The position numbers and the translations under genes were made by a program. This document shows, in pieces, positions 26,494 through 38,775 of a stretch of DNA of 64,000 nucleotides (positions within the stretch are counted from its first letter, which is position 1; each line of letters begins with the position of its first letter). The DNA comes from the human T2T-CHM13v2.0 reference genome, Homo sapiens. Below the pieces are notes generated by a model. That model searched no databases and was not told the origin of the DNA. It saw only the letters and a program-made list of their open reading frames with translations. The stretch lies in the NCBI GenBank assembly GCA_009914755.4, contig CP068257.2:27104001-27168000 (forward strand), written 5' to 3'.

Positions 26494-27891
26494 CATGTAA
26501 CCAAAAACCACCTGCACCGCACCCCAAAAACTACTGAAATTTAAAAAAAAAATTTAAGAGCTATGATTTGAAACAAAAAGGGCATGAGATTTAAAAAAAA
26601 AAAGAATTATGTTCTTGAAAAATTATTGAGACTACAGAGCACTGACCAAGACCCAGGAGAATTCAGGACTCCAGTCTGCATATAAACCTATCTGATAAAG
26701 GGTAGTCGTTAAACAATTGGCAAGAGCAACAACATTATGCTAACTGGCATAATACCCTTGATAATGAAAGAAGGGAGTTATACAATTTATTATGAAATGA
26801 CTTTACTGGAATCCGTTGTAACCACACACAGAGCCGAGAGGAGCATATGAAACAGGTCTTACTCTATAGTCAAGTCATATCATCTAACACATAACAGTTG
26901 ATGTGCCTTGGGGTAGGCGGTAGTTGGTGTCTCAGGAGTGACTTCTTTCCTTCCATAAAGTCATTCTGCCCAACTCCTTTACAATCGTGGGTTCTTTAAC
27001 ATTGGCTCATGAAACATCCTCTCACAGTCACCTGTCTCATGGCTGGCAAGTCCTGTGAGAACTCTCCTCTCACAGGACCCCACAGTCCCTTTAGCTTTTC
27101 TATGTGCCCCTCCAGCGACCCCCCTTTTTTTGTTTCAGCCTCCAACGTGATTGTTAGTTATTCGGGTCCATATGCGTCCTCTATGGATGAGGAGCAAGGA
27201 ATCAGGGTGTCGGGAAAGTGTGAGAAAGAGTTAGAAGAGGGTCTCTCTTTCATTATATCTCTGAGAGGCTGAGATCTCTCACAGCTAGAGGTAGTCTCCT
27301 TGCAGAGATGTTACTCCTCTGCCCAAACAGGATGCACTTCTCTTACCCTGGGCTTCCCCTCTGTGAGCCACGCATCATGCCATGGAGACCACTGGAGGTT
27401 GGTGGAAGCAAAAGGCCATCCTCTACCTAACCTAACTCTTGAAGCTTGTCCAAAGGATACATTCTACTTCTTCCCCACCACAGACACAGAATACTGGGGA
27501 TTCTTACTGTGTAGCATGCAGCATCCAGCCACTTGCAGAGTGTCCACTCAGTTTGTGCTCACCTTATTTCATGGATTGGCCAAAGAGATAAAGGATTTCC
27601 TGTGAGTGTTCCCGTATGGAAATACCCATTCTTTTTCATTTCAGATCTCCATCATCCCACACTCAATTCAGAGGAAATCAGACCTTATTCTCCCTTTCCT
27701 CAACTTTCATCCAAGAAGTACCCTTCTCCTCATGTTCAGCCTACCACCCACTCCTGGATAGGGAACAAGAAGGAAGAGGCAGATCCTCGTCGGTCTCCTC
27801 TAGAGTACAACCAATGGAGCATCTCATGGTCAGTGAGATGAGTTCCTTTCCCTCCAGTTTCTTGATGGATTGAAGGTCATTGCTCTAAGGT

Positions 27892-28268
27892 CCTGTTATG
27901 GACTAAATTTTGACCCCCTAAAAGTCATATGTTGAAGCCCTAACCTCTGATGTGACTATATTTGGACACAGGATCTTTAAAAAGGTAATAAATTAAATGA
28001 GGTCATAAGGGTGGGCCCCAAACCTAATAGGACTGCTGTCCTTACACAAAGAAGAAACACCAGGGGTGAGCATGCACAGAGAAAAGGCTATGTGAGGACA
28101 CAGCAAGAATATGGCCATCTGCAAGCCAAGCAGAGAGACCTCAGGAGAGAGCTAACCAGCCAACATCTTAATCTTGGACTTCTAGCCTCCAGAATGGTGA
28201 AAAAATAAATTTGTGTTGTTTAAGCCATTTAGACTGTTGGTATTTTGTTATAGCAGCCCTGGCAAACA
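27892..28268 (+). mobile_element. MaLR MLT1-type solo LTR
   Basis: cctgttatggactaaattttgaccccctaaaagtcatatgttgaagccctaacctctgatgtgactatatttggacacaggatctttaaaaaggtaataaattaaatgaggtcataagggtgggccc…cttggacttctagcctccagaatggtgaaaaaataaatttgtgttgtttaagccatttagactgttggtattttgttatagcagccctggcaaac. Confidence 0.8.
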
Positions 28269-29640
28269 AACAGAGGTCCAGTTGAATTTTACAAACTGGC
28301 AAGGATCCTGACTGGTCTACTAGCTGACAGGAGATCTCTCCAGATGTCAGGGATCTTAGGCCCACCTGGGACCCCCAGGTTTCAAAACAAGACCCAATCT
28401 CTACCCAGAAGCTTCTGGCATTACCCCTAGATGATGTGTAAGTATTTTTTCTATTGCAAAATTTGTGCGCTGGGCTGTCAGATAGCTAACTTATACGGTT
28501 TGGAATTTACCTCTCAGCTCAGTAGCATAAGGGAGGTCTTTGTTTTCTCCCCCAAAATGAACGTCAAAGATCCTACCAGAACCTTCAGCAAAGCATAATG
28601 AATCCAGATACTTGGTTCCTAATAGCAGCAGATATATGCCCTGGGAGACCCATATTTGGACTTCACTGTCTTTTCTACTCCAGATGTAAATTTTCTAGGT
28701 TATTATTAAAGTAAGGTTGTGGATTCTCTTGAGGGTGATATAAAATAATCATAGATATTTTAATCCCTCTGAATTTAAGTATTTCCCATTGAAACAGAGC
28801 CCCTTTTTCTCTCTCACTTGCTTATAATGACTCAAAAGGGAACCAGTGAACTGAAATTTTTCTTAACCAAATCTACAAAGTGTAAGCTTTCTTGTCCTAC
28901 AGGGAAAAGCCTGCACATACTAAAGTTATCTAGGTTATCTTGGAAAGTTTTAGCTGTCCAGTTCCCAGGACAAGAATTCAAAGCTTTCTAACTCTAAAGC
29001 TTTCTTATTCTGAATAATTTCTAAATGGGCTTCCTTTGTAAGCAATAGTTTGTACTGACTCAATTGCTTACAAGGGTCACATTTTGACTAGACATTTCCT
29101 GCCTTTGGGCTAATGAATTACATCATAATTCAATTTGAATGCCTCAAAGTCATCAGCCAGCACCCTCAGCATTGTGGGGCAGTACTTCTAAGGCAATAGT
29201 AGTTACTGTCTGAGAGCTGAATTTTTTCTGCAGAATGCACCATCAATAAATGATTTTTATTTGCCTTCCCTAAAGCAAGGCTTTTGTGACGTTGAATTTG
29301 TAAGTTGTATTTTCCATCTCACAAAAGATTTCACAAGGAAGTAGAGTTTGGGGATTGCTTCTCTGCTCTTGTGCATCCCACAAATCCTCACCCACATCCT
29401 GACTCCTCAACAGGTCACCGTGTTAAGAGTTGGTAGGAAGAAACCCTTTCCTTTAGGATTTTTCCTCTTCTCTATACCCCATGGCCACCTAGTGTAATCA
29501 AGCCCCTTTACTTTCTTCCCTCTGGGCTCTTCTTAGGTTTTCCTTACCATTCAATTCAACTTGTTTCCAAGTGAAGGGAAGAGGATGGGGAATGAGGCTT
29601 CCCAAGGATATGTCCAGTATCTTTATGATACTGAGACCTT

Positions 29641-30025
29641 TCCAAGTGCTGTCATTTGAATGTGTCCCCCAAAGTTTGTGTGTTAGAAACTTAATCTCCA
29701 ATGCAACAGTGTTGGGAGGTGGGGCCTAATGAGAGGTGATTAAGTCACGAGGGCTCTGTCATCATGTATGGATTAATGTCATTATTGTGGGAGTGAATTA
29801 ATTATCTCAAGAGTGGGCTTGTTATAAAAGCAAGTTCAGCTCTCTCTCTCTCTCTCTCACTCGCTCTCACCTTCCACCATGAGATCACACAGCAAGAAGG
29901 CTCTTGCCAGATGCTGACACCTTGACTTTCTAGCCTCCAGAACCATGAGCCAAACACATTTATCTTTGTTATAAATTGCTTGGTCTGTGGTATTCTCTCA
30001 TAGCAGCATCAAACTGACCTACACA
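29641..30025 (+). mobile_element. MaLR MLT1-type solo LTR containing a (CT)n microsatellite at 29840-29870
   Basis: tgtcatttgaatgtgtcccccaaagtttgtgtgttagaaacttaatctccaatgcaacagtgttgggaggtggggcctaatgagaggtgattaagtcacgaggg…(ct)n…ccttccaccatgagatcacacagcaagaaggctcttgccagatgctgacaccttgactttctagcctccagaaccatgagccaaacacatttatctttgttataaattgcttggtctgtggtattctctcatagcagcatcaaactgacctacaca. Confidence 0.8.
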
Positions 30026-30173
30026 CTGAGCACCTAGATCAGACTCCTCTTAGAATATCTCCTGAGTAGCATCATGCTACAATTCTCTACCTCTTTCTCC
30101 ACTGTGAGTCAGTACCAAATGCTGTCTCTCTTCCTTATTCTAGCCATGACTCTGGATGGAGAAATAAGATTAA

Positions 30174-30190
30174 AACACACACACACACGC
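30174..30190. repeat. (CA)n microsatellite
   Basis: acacacacacacacgcgc. Confidence 0.9.
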
Positions 30191-30214
30191 GCAACTTACT
30201 GGAATTTATAGAGC

Positions 30215-30410
30215 AGTTACTTCATGCCAGACACTGTGATAAGTACTTCAGAAACATTACATCAATTAATCCTCACAAACAACTGTTACTCCCATTTTAT
30301 AGGCAAGGATATTGAGACACAGTGACCACACAAATAGCAAGTGGCAAGCCAAGGTTTGAATCCCAGTTTGAGGTCACCACTGTGCTCTGTGAACAGGACT
30401 TATGATGGCC
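30215..30410 (-). mobile_element. MIR SINE fragment
   Basis: …catcaattaatcctcacaaacaactgttactcccattttataggcaaggatattgagacacagtgaccacacaaatagcaagtggcaagccaaggtttgaatcccagtttgaggtcaccactgtgctctg is the reverse complement of the MIR core plus tRNA-like head. Confidence 0.7.
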
Positions 30411-33400
30411 AAGTACTAATATTACAATATTGGAATTTATACTCTCTGGAGTTACGATTCAGGGAGAGATGATTTGGAAGTATAAAGTCAGATATTTTCA
30501 TATTAAATCTAGGTCAAATGTTCTCAACCAGAGGTTATTTGCATCACTCTCCCACCACCCTGACCAGGAGACATTTGGTAATGCCCAGAGACATGTTTGG
30601 TTGTCACAACTGGGGACTGCTACTGGCACCTAGTGGGTACAGGCTAGGGGTGCCGTGAAAAATTCCATAATGCACAAGATGCACCACCCCCCCCCGCCAA
30701 AGAATTGCCTACTCCAAAATGTCCACAGTGCTGTGATCCAGACACCAGCTCTAGGGGTTTGGTTTAGTTGCCATATTTTCCTCTCCCCTACCCATTCTTC
30801 TCTTTGGATTTTAATTCTCTGTGTCCATTTTAACAGTCTTGTTTTAGGTTAATCTTTTACTATGACTTTCCAAGGTCCTTTTAGGAAGCAAGGGGAGTGT
30901 GACTGAAGGAAAAACTGACATTCAAAAAATCTCCTGAGAAATAGCACCCTGCTTGGAACAAAATCCTCTGTGAACACTATTTTGGGAACAGTGACCAAAC
31001 AAGCCAGTCGTCTGCCACTTACACATCCAATCCTGCTTACTACCACTGCTTCCTGGAATCCTGTCCCAAGAAAGGGGCTAGGGGTGAGGAGAGTGGTTAC
31101 CCTGGAACATACCATTTCTATGAGAAATCTTAAAAGAAAAAAAAAAATGAAGACAACAAACCTGTAACTTGATGCCAGCCTGAAATCCTCTTCACTAATC
31201 ATAAGTCAGAGAAAGTGAAATTATTTCCATCACACTCATACAGCATGTTCTCTGGGGTTTGCAGGAACAGAAGAGACAATGTGGAGAAAATGCATCGTCT
31301 GTGGTTCTGAAATCAAAGCCTAATTAGTCAGAAGACAAATCCCATGGGCTTCAGTACTAAAACCTATGTTTCAACCATGCCTATGTTGGGAAAGTCCTAA
31401 AAGTCAAAGAATGATAAGGCAACTTTAGTGGAGAACATCTTTGTTTACATTACAGGACTCACATGTAAACTTTGAAAGCATGCAATCAAGTGAACAAAAT
31501 ATTTTAATTGGCCTTTAAAATATTATTATAAGAGCAAGACCAACTTGTTTAAAGTATTGCCTGGCTGGTCTCTGGTTTTGGCAGCTCATTATACTGTCTT
31601 AATGCCGTAAGATTTATTAATGGTCACATGCATTTCTCTGAAAAGCATTCCACATTTTATCCAATTCTGGGTAAAGGTTATTTATACCTTAGAATGCTCT
31701 TAATTGCTTCACATTAAAGAAAAATATGGAATAAGTTATAAGTATTGCCTCATTTAATGTATTTTCAAATTATAGCGTTTTGGCAAGTTTTGCTCATTGA
31801 CTTCTTTAAGCTTGGGATATCTTTTATCCCTTTTACATTCTCTCAAAATTTTCCTTATCACTCAAAAGCTAATTCAGATACCAATTCCTCCATTAATCTG
31901 TTCCTGACTCCCACATCAGCATTAACCAAATGTGCTTCTCTGCTCCCAACCATATTGCTTCTGTATTCACTAGGCATATGTAACAATCATTTTGCTCTAC
32001 ATTATATTTGTCTCTGTCTTTCTTCTTTAATTAAAGTAATTAAAGTACCTTCAGTGGGAAAGACAGCATGTTATTCATTTTGCATCTGAGGAAACTGATA
32101 GGGTGTCTGGAATTAGCATCCAATAACGATTGATTAAATTACATGTAATCATATGAGTTTTATCAAATAAAAATTGCTTCAAGTTTGTTCTTTTGGTTTG
32201 TTTGAAGCGGTTTGCTCATTTTAATAATTACATGAGACCCAAGCCTCAATCTCTTAGAACAGGTAGCTCTAGTGCCTCTCCTGCTCTAGACTTAATTTTG
32301 TTTCCATTGGTGCCAGGATATGAACAAAACATTTTCTGATGCAAATATAGTCTCAGATTGGGACCACACCAAATACCACAGTCCAAGTAGGTGAATAATG
32401 CACTGAATATTTGGCCTGGTTTGGCTGATTGCAGGCAAGCTAGCTAATAATTAATTAAAGTAGGATCTTCTGTATTTACTTCATTTCAAAACTCCTTGAC
32501 ACTCTCTCACTCGGCAACTCTCATTATCAACTAATGACATTTAAACACCTAATACATACTAGGCATCTTTAACAACTAGAAATACAGAGCTCAGTAAAGA
32601 CACAGAACTGACTTCATATGAACAAATGTAGAAACATATTAATAGAAGATTCTCTCTTTTAATATCTAAAAGATTGAAAAGATTGTTTAACAGAAAATAT
32701 TGACCTAGAATGTGACTTGAGCAGGCAAGTAGTTTGTTTCCAAGAGAAACAGGTACTCTCCTAGTAATTGCATTTTAAATATACACGATGTGCCACTGAG
32801 ATCCCATAAATAATGCAGACCAAGGTCTCTAGCCATGCATGGGAAGAGACTTGCAAAGATTAATTCAAAGACAAGGATCATCTCTGGGAAAATCCCAGCT
32901 GCAATGCTCTACTGGTATTCTGCATCAGATTCTCCATGGTTTCTACCTGAAAGCCAGAACCTCACCAATCTAGTTTGATTTTGTTTTCTTATGGCCTGAT
33001 ACTTGATGTCCTGTAGCAGGAAAACTGCTCCCAAGCTGCAATCTGTGGCTTGAATTCTGCTTGCAAATATCAAGAATGGTACAAGTCTTTCTGAAGCTGT
33101 GAGTTTATTTTCACAAAGGAGGAAATAAGCCACAATGTAAGAATAGATCCCAAGTTTTCCTTATCATTTGCAATTCTTACACCTGCAACACTGGCTGGAA
33201 ACCCAGAGACATGGGTTTTGGTTCTGTTTAGGCTTTTCACAAGTTGTATGAGCTTGGGCAAACTACTTAACTTCTCAAACCCAGTTATCTTATCTTCAAA
33301 ATAAAAGAGATTGACAAGGTTATCTCTAAGATACACTCCAAATCTGGAGGCCTATGACTATTTGGTTTTTAAGTTCAGCTGTCTCACGTTTCTCCTGGAA

Positions 33401-33475
33401 CATATTGTCAGGATATCTGGAGAATCAAGCATACCTACTAAAAACTGTTACCAATATTAAGACATGCCCATAAAA

Positions 33476-33773
33476 GCCCGGTGTGGTGGCTTCCACCTGT
33501 AATCCCAGCATTCTGGGGGCTAAGGTGGGAGGATCACTGAGGCCAGGAGTTCAAGACCAGGCTGGGCAACATGGTGAGACACTGTCTCCACAAAAAGTTT
33601 AAAAATTAGCCAGGTGTGGTGGCACATGCCTACAGTCCCAGTTACTCAAGAGGCTAAGGCAGGTGGATCACTTGAGCCCAGGAGTTCGAGGTTACAATGT
33701 GCTATGATCATGCCACTGTACTCCAGCCTGGGTGACAAAGCAAAACCCTGCTTCTAAAAAAAAAGAAAAAAGA
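33476..33773 (+). mobile_element. Alu SINE (AluS/J-like) with TSD atgcccata
   Basis: gcccggtgtggtggcttccacctgtaatcccagcattctgggggctaaggtgggaggatcactgaggccaggagttcaagaccaggctgggcaacatggtgagacactgtctccacaaaaagtttaaaaattagccaggtgtggtggcacatgcctacagtcccagttactcaagaggctaaggcaggtggatcacttgagcccaggagttcgaggttacaatgtgctatgatcatgccactgtactccagcctgggtgacaaagcaaaaccctgcttctaaaaaaaaagaaaaaagaa. atgcccata occurs at ~33464-33472 and ~33774-33783. Confidence 0.95.
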
Positions 33774-35653
33774 AATGCCCATATACAGAACTATTCAGAC
33801 TTCCCTTGAAATATTGTAAATTAAATTAGCAAATTAAATTTCTTATTCCTTCTCTCTAGTGATATGATGATCTCATAAAAACCCTACCAAGGTCACTAAG
33901 AGTAGAAATATTTTCCTATTTCAAATCTATTTTTGAATACGTAAGTATTATTTCTTTTGAATCTACATTATGTATTCCTGAGTAGTATGTAGCAATTAAA
34001 AGATGAGCATCTTTGTAATATTTATTTAATTTTGAAAAGATTATCTCTTCAACTTATCTTCAAGATGCATCTAAATTTAGATCCATCTTGTTTTTAATAA
34101 TTTCATGAGGAAAACCTGGCAGAAAAGAACCCTATAAGTGGAAACTAATACATTCCAGAAAGAAAGGACTTTCCTTCAAAATGGAAAAATTTACAGTATA
34201 AGGAAGGAGGCCCTTCAGGCAAAACACATCTCAAATTCCTTTTATTCGGTTTTCATTTAATATTTTGCATACTTGAAGAAATGAAAGTAACATTAGAGAT
34301 AATCTTATGCCACCCTCTTATTTTGGAGGTTAGGAAAATCAAAGCCATGATTTATGGCTGGAGCAAATGGGTGACTGATATTGGCATTTACTGAAATTGA
34401 AAGCTCTAGAGATGATCATTTACTGAAATTGAGAGCTCTAGAAATGATGTATAGGTGAGGAGGCAGACAGAGTGAAGGAAGAGGAGAAATGATGAGTCAA
34501 GAGTTTGAACTTGTTGAGACTGAGATGCCTGCAGAACATTCAGGAAAACAAAGTCCAGAAAAGAAATGGATATACAGGTCTTGAGCTGAGGAGAATTTAA
34601 AACGTGTGTGTGTGTGTACATAAAATATTGAAATATACACACATGTGTAAAAGTATCACTATGTAAATCGTAAGCTTTAGCCATAGCCATGAATGATAGA
34701 TTGATAGAAAGAATGTAAAGGAGACAAAGGGAGAACTATCCAAGTGTCAGAAGAAAAACCCAGAATGAGGCTCCATGGAAGTCAAAAAATAATGCTTTTT
34801 TTCCCCCAACAATGTCAAATTCTTCTGAGAAGTTCAACAAGAAAGACAGTAAAAGGTACCTGAATTTAAGGTCCTAAAAGGTCATTGTTGACAATAACAT
34901 GAGTTGTTTCAGTGGAGTGATGGGTACTGAAGCCAGATTATAAAAGATTAAATAAATGGTGAGTGAGAGAGAAGAAAATGGAGACTAAGTGTACACAACC
35001 CTTTCAAGTTGTTATTTAAGAGAAAATAAATTAGAGAGCAAAGTGAAGTAAATGGAGGATTTTATTAAGATGGGCGTGACTGTTAAAATGCCATTGGAAA
35101 GGATTCAGTAGAGTGGTGGAAATTGGAGAGGTGAGGGTAAAAAAAAAAGAGGGAAGACAAAATATGCAATGGCCTTTAACAGAAATTGGCAGAAAAGGAT
35201 CCTGCAGAGGAGTTATAGGTTTTAACCCCTTAAGTTCTTAAAGGGAATGGGTCCCTTTTTAATTCAAGGAATGGGGAGAAAAGTCTAGCAGACAGGCAGC
35301 GTCAAGAAGAATTTGTAGACTTCTGGGAGTTTCAATGGCAATGCCTCAAGCCTGGGAACAGGGTAAGCAGCCCTAATTAGGATTTCTTCTCAAAACTTGA
35401 AGCATGAAGAAAACATGAAAGAATCTCTTGTGCCTTCTATAGGCAACCCAGCTGAAGTCAAGACATCTTTTAACATTAAGAGTGGATGCCACAGAGCCAG
35501 TGGCTTATCTGCCTGATGAATCAGTTGCACCAGCCCAGAATGAGGTGCAATTCAAAAAATTCTTGCCCCACTAGTAGGCTGCTGTGTATAATCCTATTCT
35601 GAGAGAGGCCCACGCAAGTGTGGTGAGAGTAGGAGAAAGGCTGTGGACTGTGG

Positions 35654-36203
35654 TTGTATTAGTCATGGGTCTCTAGAGGAACAGGACTAATAGCATAGAT
35701 GTATATATGAAGGGGAGTTTATTAAGGAGTATTGACTCACACGATCACAAGGTGAAGTCCCACAATGGGCCATCTGCAAGCTGAGGAGAAGGAAGCCAGT
35801 CTGAGTCCCAAAACCTCAAAAGTAGGGAAGCCGACAGTGCAGCCTTCAGTCTGTGGCTAAAGGCCTGAGAGTCCCTGGCAAACCACTGGTGTAAGTCCAA
35901 GAGTCCAAAAGCTGAAGAACTTGGAGTCCAATGTTCAAGGGCAGGAAGCATCCAGCACGGGAGAAGGATGAAGGCTGGAAGACTCAGGCAATCTAGTCCT
36001 TCCACGTTCTTCTGCCTGCTTTTATCCTAGCTGCTCTGGCAGCTGATTAGATGGTACCCTCCCAGATTGAGGGTGGGCCTGCCTCTCCCAGGCCACTGAC
36101 TCAAAAGTTAATCTCCTTTGGCAACACCCTCACAGACACACCCAGAACAATACTTTATTCATTCTTCAATCCAATCAAGTTGACACTCAATATTAACCAT
36201 CAC
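35654..36203 (+). mobile_element. ERVL-type solo LTR (tgtattagtc… family, TG…CA termini) with 5-bp TSD gtggt
   Basis: tgtattagtcatgggtctctagaggaacaggactaatagcatagatgtatatatgaaggggagtttattaaggagtattgactcacacgatcacaaggtgaagtcccacaatgggccatctgcaagctgaggagaaggaagccagtctgagtcccaaaacc…gatggtaccctcccagattgagggtgggcctgcctctcccaggccactgactcaaaagttaatctcctttggcaacaccctcacagacacacccag…caagttgacactcaatattaaccatcaca. gtggt is duplicated at 35649-35653 and 36204-36208. The exact family name is not certain. Confidence 0.7.
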
Positions 36204-37169
36204 AGTGGTTATTCTATGTATTATTGAACATGTTTTTCACTAAAATGTGTTCATTCAGTTTTCCTTAAGCATTAAGTAATCCATTAGAATGTTTTTGATG
36301 CAAGTCACAGACTATCCAATTTGAAGTAGTTCAAACACTAAGAAGGCTTATGATATGGCAATGAAGCAGCAAAGCAATATCATCAAGAACCCTTGTGCCT
36401 TCTCTATTTCAGTTTTGTCATCTTTAGAATGTCATGTGACCTCTTTACAGTCCAAACATGGTATTGGCAGCATCAGCCAACAACTGCAGACACAAAAATA
36501 CCCAGCAAAGAGAAGGTGAATTTCTTCCTGTATCTCAATTGCTATTAGCAAGGAAGTTTCCAGAAGCTCCCAAAATTGACTTCTCCTCAGGTCTTATTGG
36601 CTAGATGTAGTCACATGCCCATCCCTAAATCAATGTCTACAAAGGAAATGAGTCCACCATGATTGCCTTAGCCCAAACATAATTCACTCTCTGGGGTCCA
36701 GAGAGGTTGTCACTTACCCTGAACTCATGACAAGGTGACACCAGGATGAAATCAAGTCTCTGCCCTCAAGGAAAAGGGGATGAAATGGCTTAGGATAGAC
36801 CAGCAACTGTCACAGCAGAATTAAAGAACACGTTTGGCAAGAGGAGGAGATCTGGTCACAAATGAAGGACCTTTGTTGTTAGAATAAAAAACATTCTTGT
36901 CCTCCAAAAGATTAAAGATAAGGTCATCAAACAGTGTTTGATTTCAGAGATATCTTCAAAGCCTAGCTAGTGAATTCATTTATTTATTAAACAAAGTTAA
37001 TGGGATATTTGTATCTATGAGACATCAATAAAGTTCTAAAGAAAATTTCCTAAATTTAAATAACAGATTTACTTATAAGCAAGTCTTCCAAAATCCCATG
37101 AGAACCTTTACTTTAAAAAATAAATGTTTACCCTTGAAAACATTCTCAGTAGTAGAAAAGAATTGTCAT

Positions 37170-38115
37170 AAATTTTTTGGTGTTACATTTTTAATTGACA
37201 AATATACATATTTATGGTGGACAACATGATGTTGTGAAATTTGTATACAATGAGAAATGGCTCAGCTTTTATATAACCACACTCACCTCTTTACCCCACC
37301 CATTTGTACACTCCCAGCAACTATTAGGCTATCCTCCAATTCTAAAATTTTGTCAAAATGTTATATAAGTGGGATCATACAGTATTTAACCTTTAGGGGT
37401 TGGCTTTTTTCTATCAGCCTAATTCCCTGGAGATTCATCCAAGTTGTCGAATGTATGAGTCTTCCATTTCTTTTTATTGCTGGGTAGTATTCCATGGTAT
37501 GGATGTGTCATGGTTTAACTATTCGTTTGCTGAAGGCAAACCAAGCTTTTATACACATTCATCAACATGTTTTTATATGAACATGTTTCAATATATCTGC
37601 AACCAATGTCCAAAAGTGCAACTGCTGGGTCCTATGGCAATTGCAGGTTAGTTTTATAAGTAAGAGACTACGAAACTTCTTCAGAGTGGTTGTCCCATTT
37701 TATATTCCCACCAGCTATGTAGAAGTGGTCAAGGTTCTCTGCATCCTTGCCAGCATTAGGTTTCATTACCATATTTTAGCCATCCAGATAGGTATGTGCT
37801 AGTATCTCACTGTAGTTTCTAGTTGCATTTTCCCAGTGGCTAACAATGAATATCTTTTCACGTGCTTTTTGCCGTCTTATATCTTCTTCATTGAAGTGTT
37901 TATTCATGCCTTTTGCCCTTTACTAATTAAATTTTTTACCTGACTTTTTTCTTCATATATTGGGGGTTTAGTTGATTTTTTATATATACTAGAAACAAGC
38001 CTTTGCTGGATATGTGGTTTGCAAATATTTTCTCCCAGTCTATATATTATATTTCCATCCTTTTCACATGGGCTTTCACAGAGCTAGAGTTTTTAATTTT
38101 TATGAGATCCAACTT
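37170..38115 (-). mobile_element. Ancient LINE-1 (L1M-type) ORF2 3' half plus 3'UTR, reverse orientation
   Basis: The reverse complement reads …aaaattaaaaactctagctctgtgaaagcccatgtgaaaaggatggaaatataatatatagactgggagaaaatatttgcaaaccacatatccagcaaaggcttgtttctagtatatat… and ends …ccataccatggaatactacccagcaataaaaagaaatggaagactcatacattcgacaacttggatgaatctccagggaattaggctgatagaaaaaagccaacccctaaaggttaaatactgtatgatcccacttatataacatt…ggaggatagcctaatagttgctgggagtgtacaaatgggtggg…tgtatacaaatttcacaacatcatgttgtccaccataaatatgtatatttgtcaa. Confidence 0.75.
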
Positions 38116-38214
38116 AATCGATTTTTCCTCTTACGCATCACGTTTTGGTATCCAGATCAACCCAAAGGGAAGCCATAGGACAAGGAGACTTGAAGCTAGA
38201 CATTAAAATTAGCC

Positions 38215-38775
38215 TCCTTAACTCCTTAAAAAACTAAACATAGAACTACATATGATCCAGCAATCCCACTTCTGGATAGATGTTCAAAGGAATGGAAATC
38301 AGTATGTTAAAGAGATAGCTTCCACTCCCACATTCATTGCAACATTATTTACAATAGCCAAGAGGTGGAAGTAAACTAAGTGTTCATCAATGGATGGATG
38401 GATGGATAAAGAAAATGTGGTATATATACACAATGGAATACTATTCAGCCTTTAAAAATAAGGAAATTCTGTCATTTGTGAGAACACAGATGAATGTGGA
38501 GGATATCATGAGGAGTGAAATAAGCCAGGAATAGAAAGAGTAATACTGTATGATCTCACTTACATGAGGGATTTTAAAAAGTCAAATTGTTAGAAATAGA
38601 GAGTAGAATGATGGTTGCCAGAGGTTGGGAGGAGGGTGTTGGAGAGGTGTTGATCAAAGGGTATAAAGCTTCAGTTAGGCAGAAGGAATAAGGCTTTTAG
38701 ATCTATTGAGCAGCAGGGTGAGTACAGTTAATAAAAAGGTATTGCATATTTCAAAGTTGCTAAGAGTACATTTCA
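38215..38775 (+). mobile_element. Ancient LINE-1 (L1M-type) 3' region containing a (GGAT)n run, head-to-head with the preceding fragment
   Basis: ccttaaaaaactaaacatagaactacatatgatccagcaatcccacttctggatagatgttcaaaggaatggaaatcag…ccacattcattgcaacattatttacaatagccaagaggtggaagtaaactaagtgttcatcaatggatggatggatggataaagaaaatgtggtatatatacacaatggaatactattcagcctttaaaaataaggaaattctgtcatttgtgagaacacagatgaatgtggaggatatcatgaggagtgaaataagccagg…gagtagaatgatggttgccagaggttgggaggagggtgttggagaggtgttgatcaaagggtataaagcttcagtt. Confidence 0.8.

Larger units (their letters stand above)
25024..26552 (+). mobile_element. Outer LINE-1 (older primate subfamily, ORF2 3' half plus 3'UTR) bounded by a 15-bp TSD aagagcYatgatttg; interrupted by two later insertions
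   Basis: ORF2 sequence (…gggaaatgcaaattaaaaccacaatgagataccacc…, …ggcatggatacggtgaaaagggaacacttttatactgctggtgggagtgtaaattagttcaaccactatggaaaacagtatgagatgcc…ccaaatgcccatcaaccaacgaatagataaagaaaatacggtatatatacaccatggaatactactcagcc…) continues into the 3'UTR, and its tail resumes after the THE1 insert (catgtaaccaaaaaccacctgcacc…aaatttaaaaaaaaaa). TSD copies at ~25008-25022 (aagagccatgatttg) and ~26556-26570 (aagagctatgatttg). Confidence 0.85.

Noticed and set aside
37170-38775. Twin-priming (5'-inverted) L1 insertion
   Set aside because: Both fragments contain the L1 3'-terminal region, so they overlap in consensus coordinates. A twin-primed element would have the inverted part upstream of, not overlapping, the direct part. 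They are interpreted as two independent old insertions.
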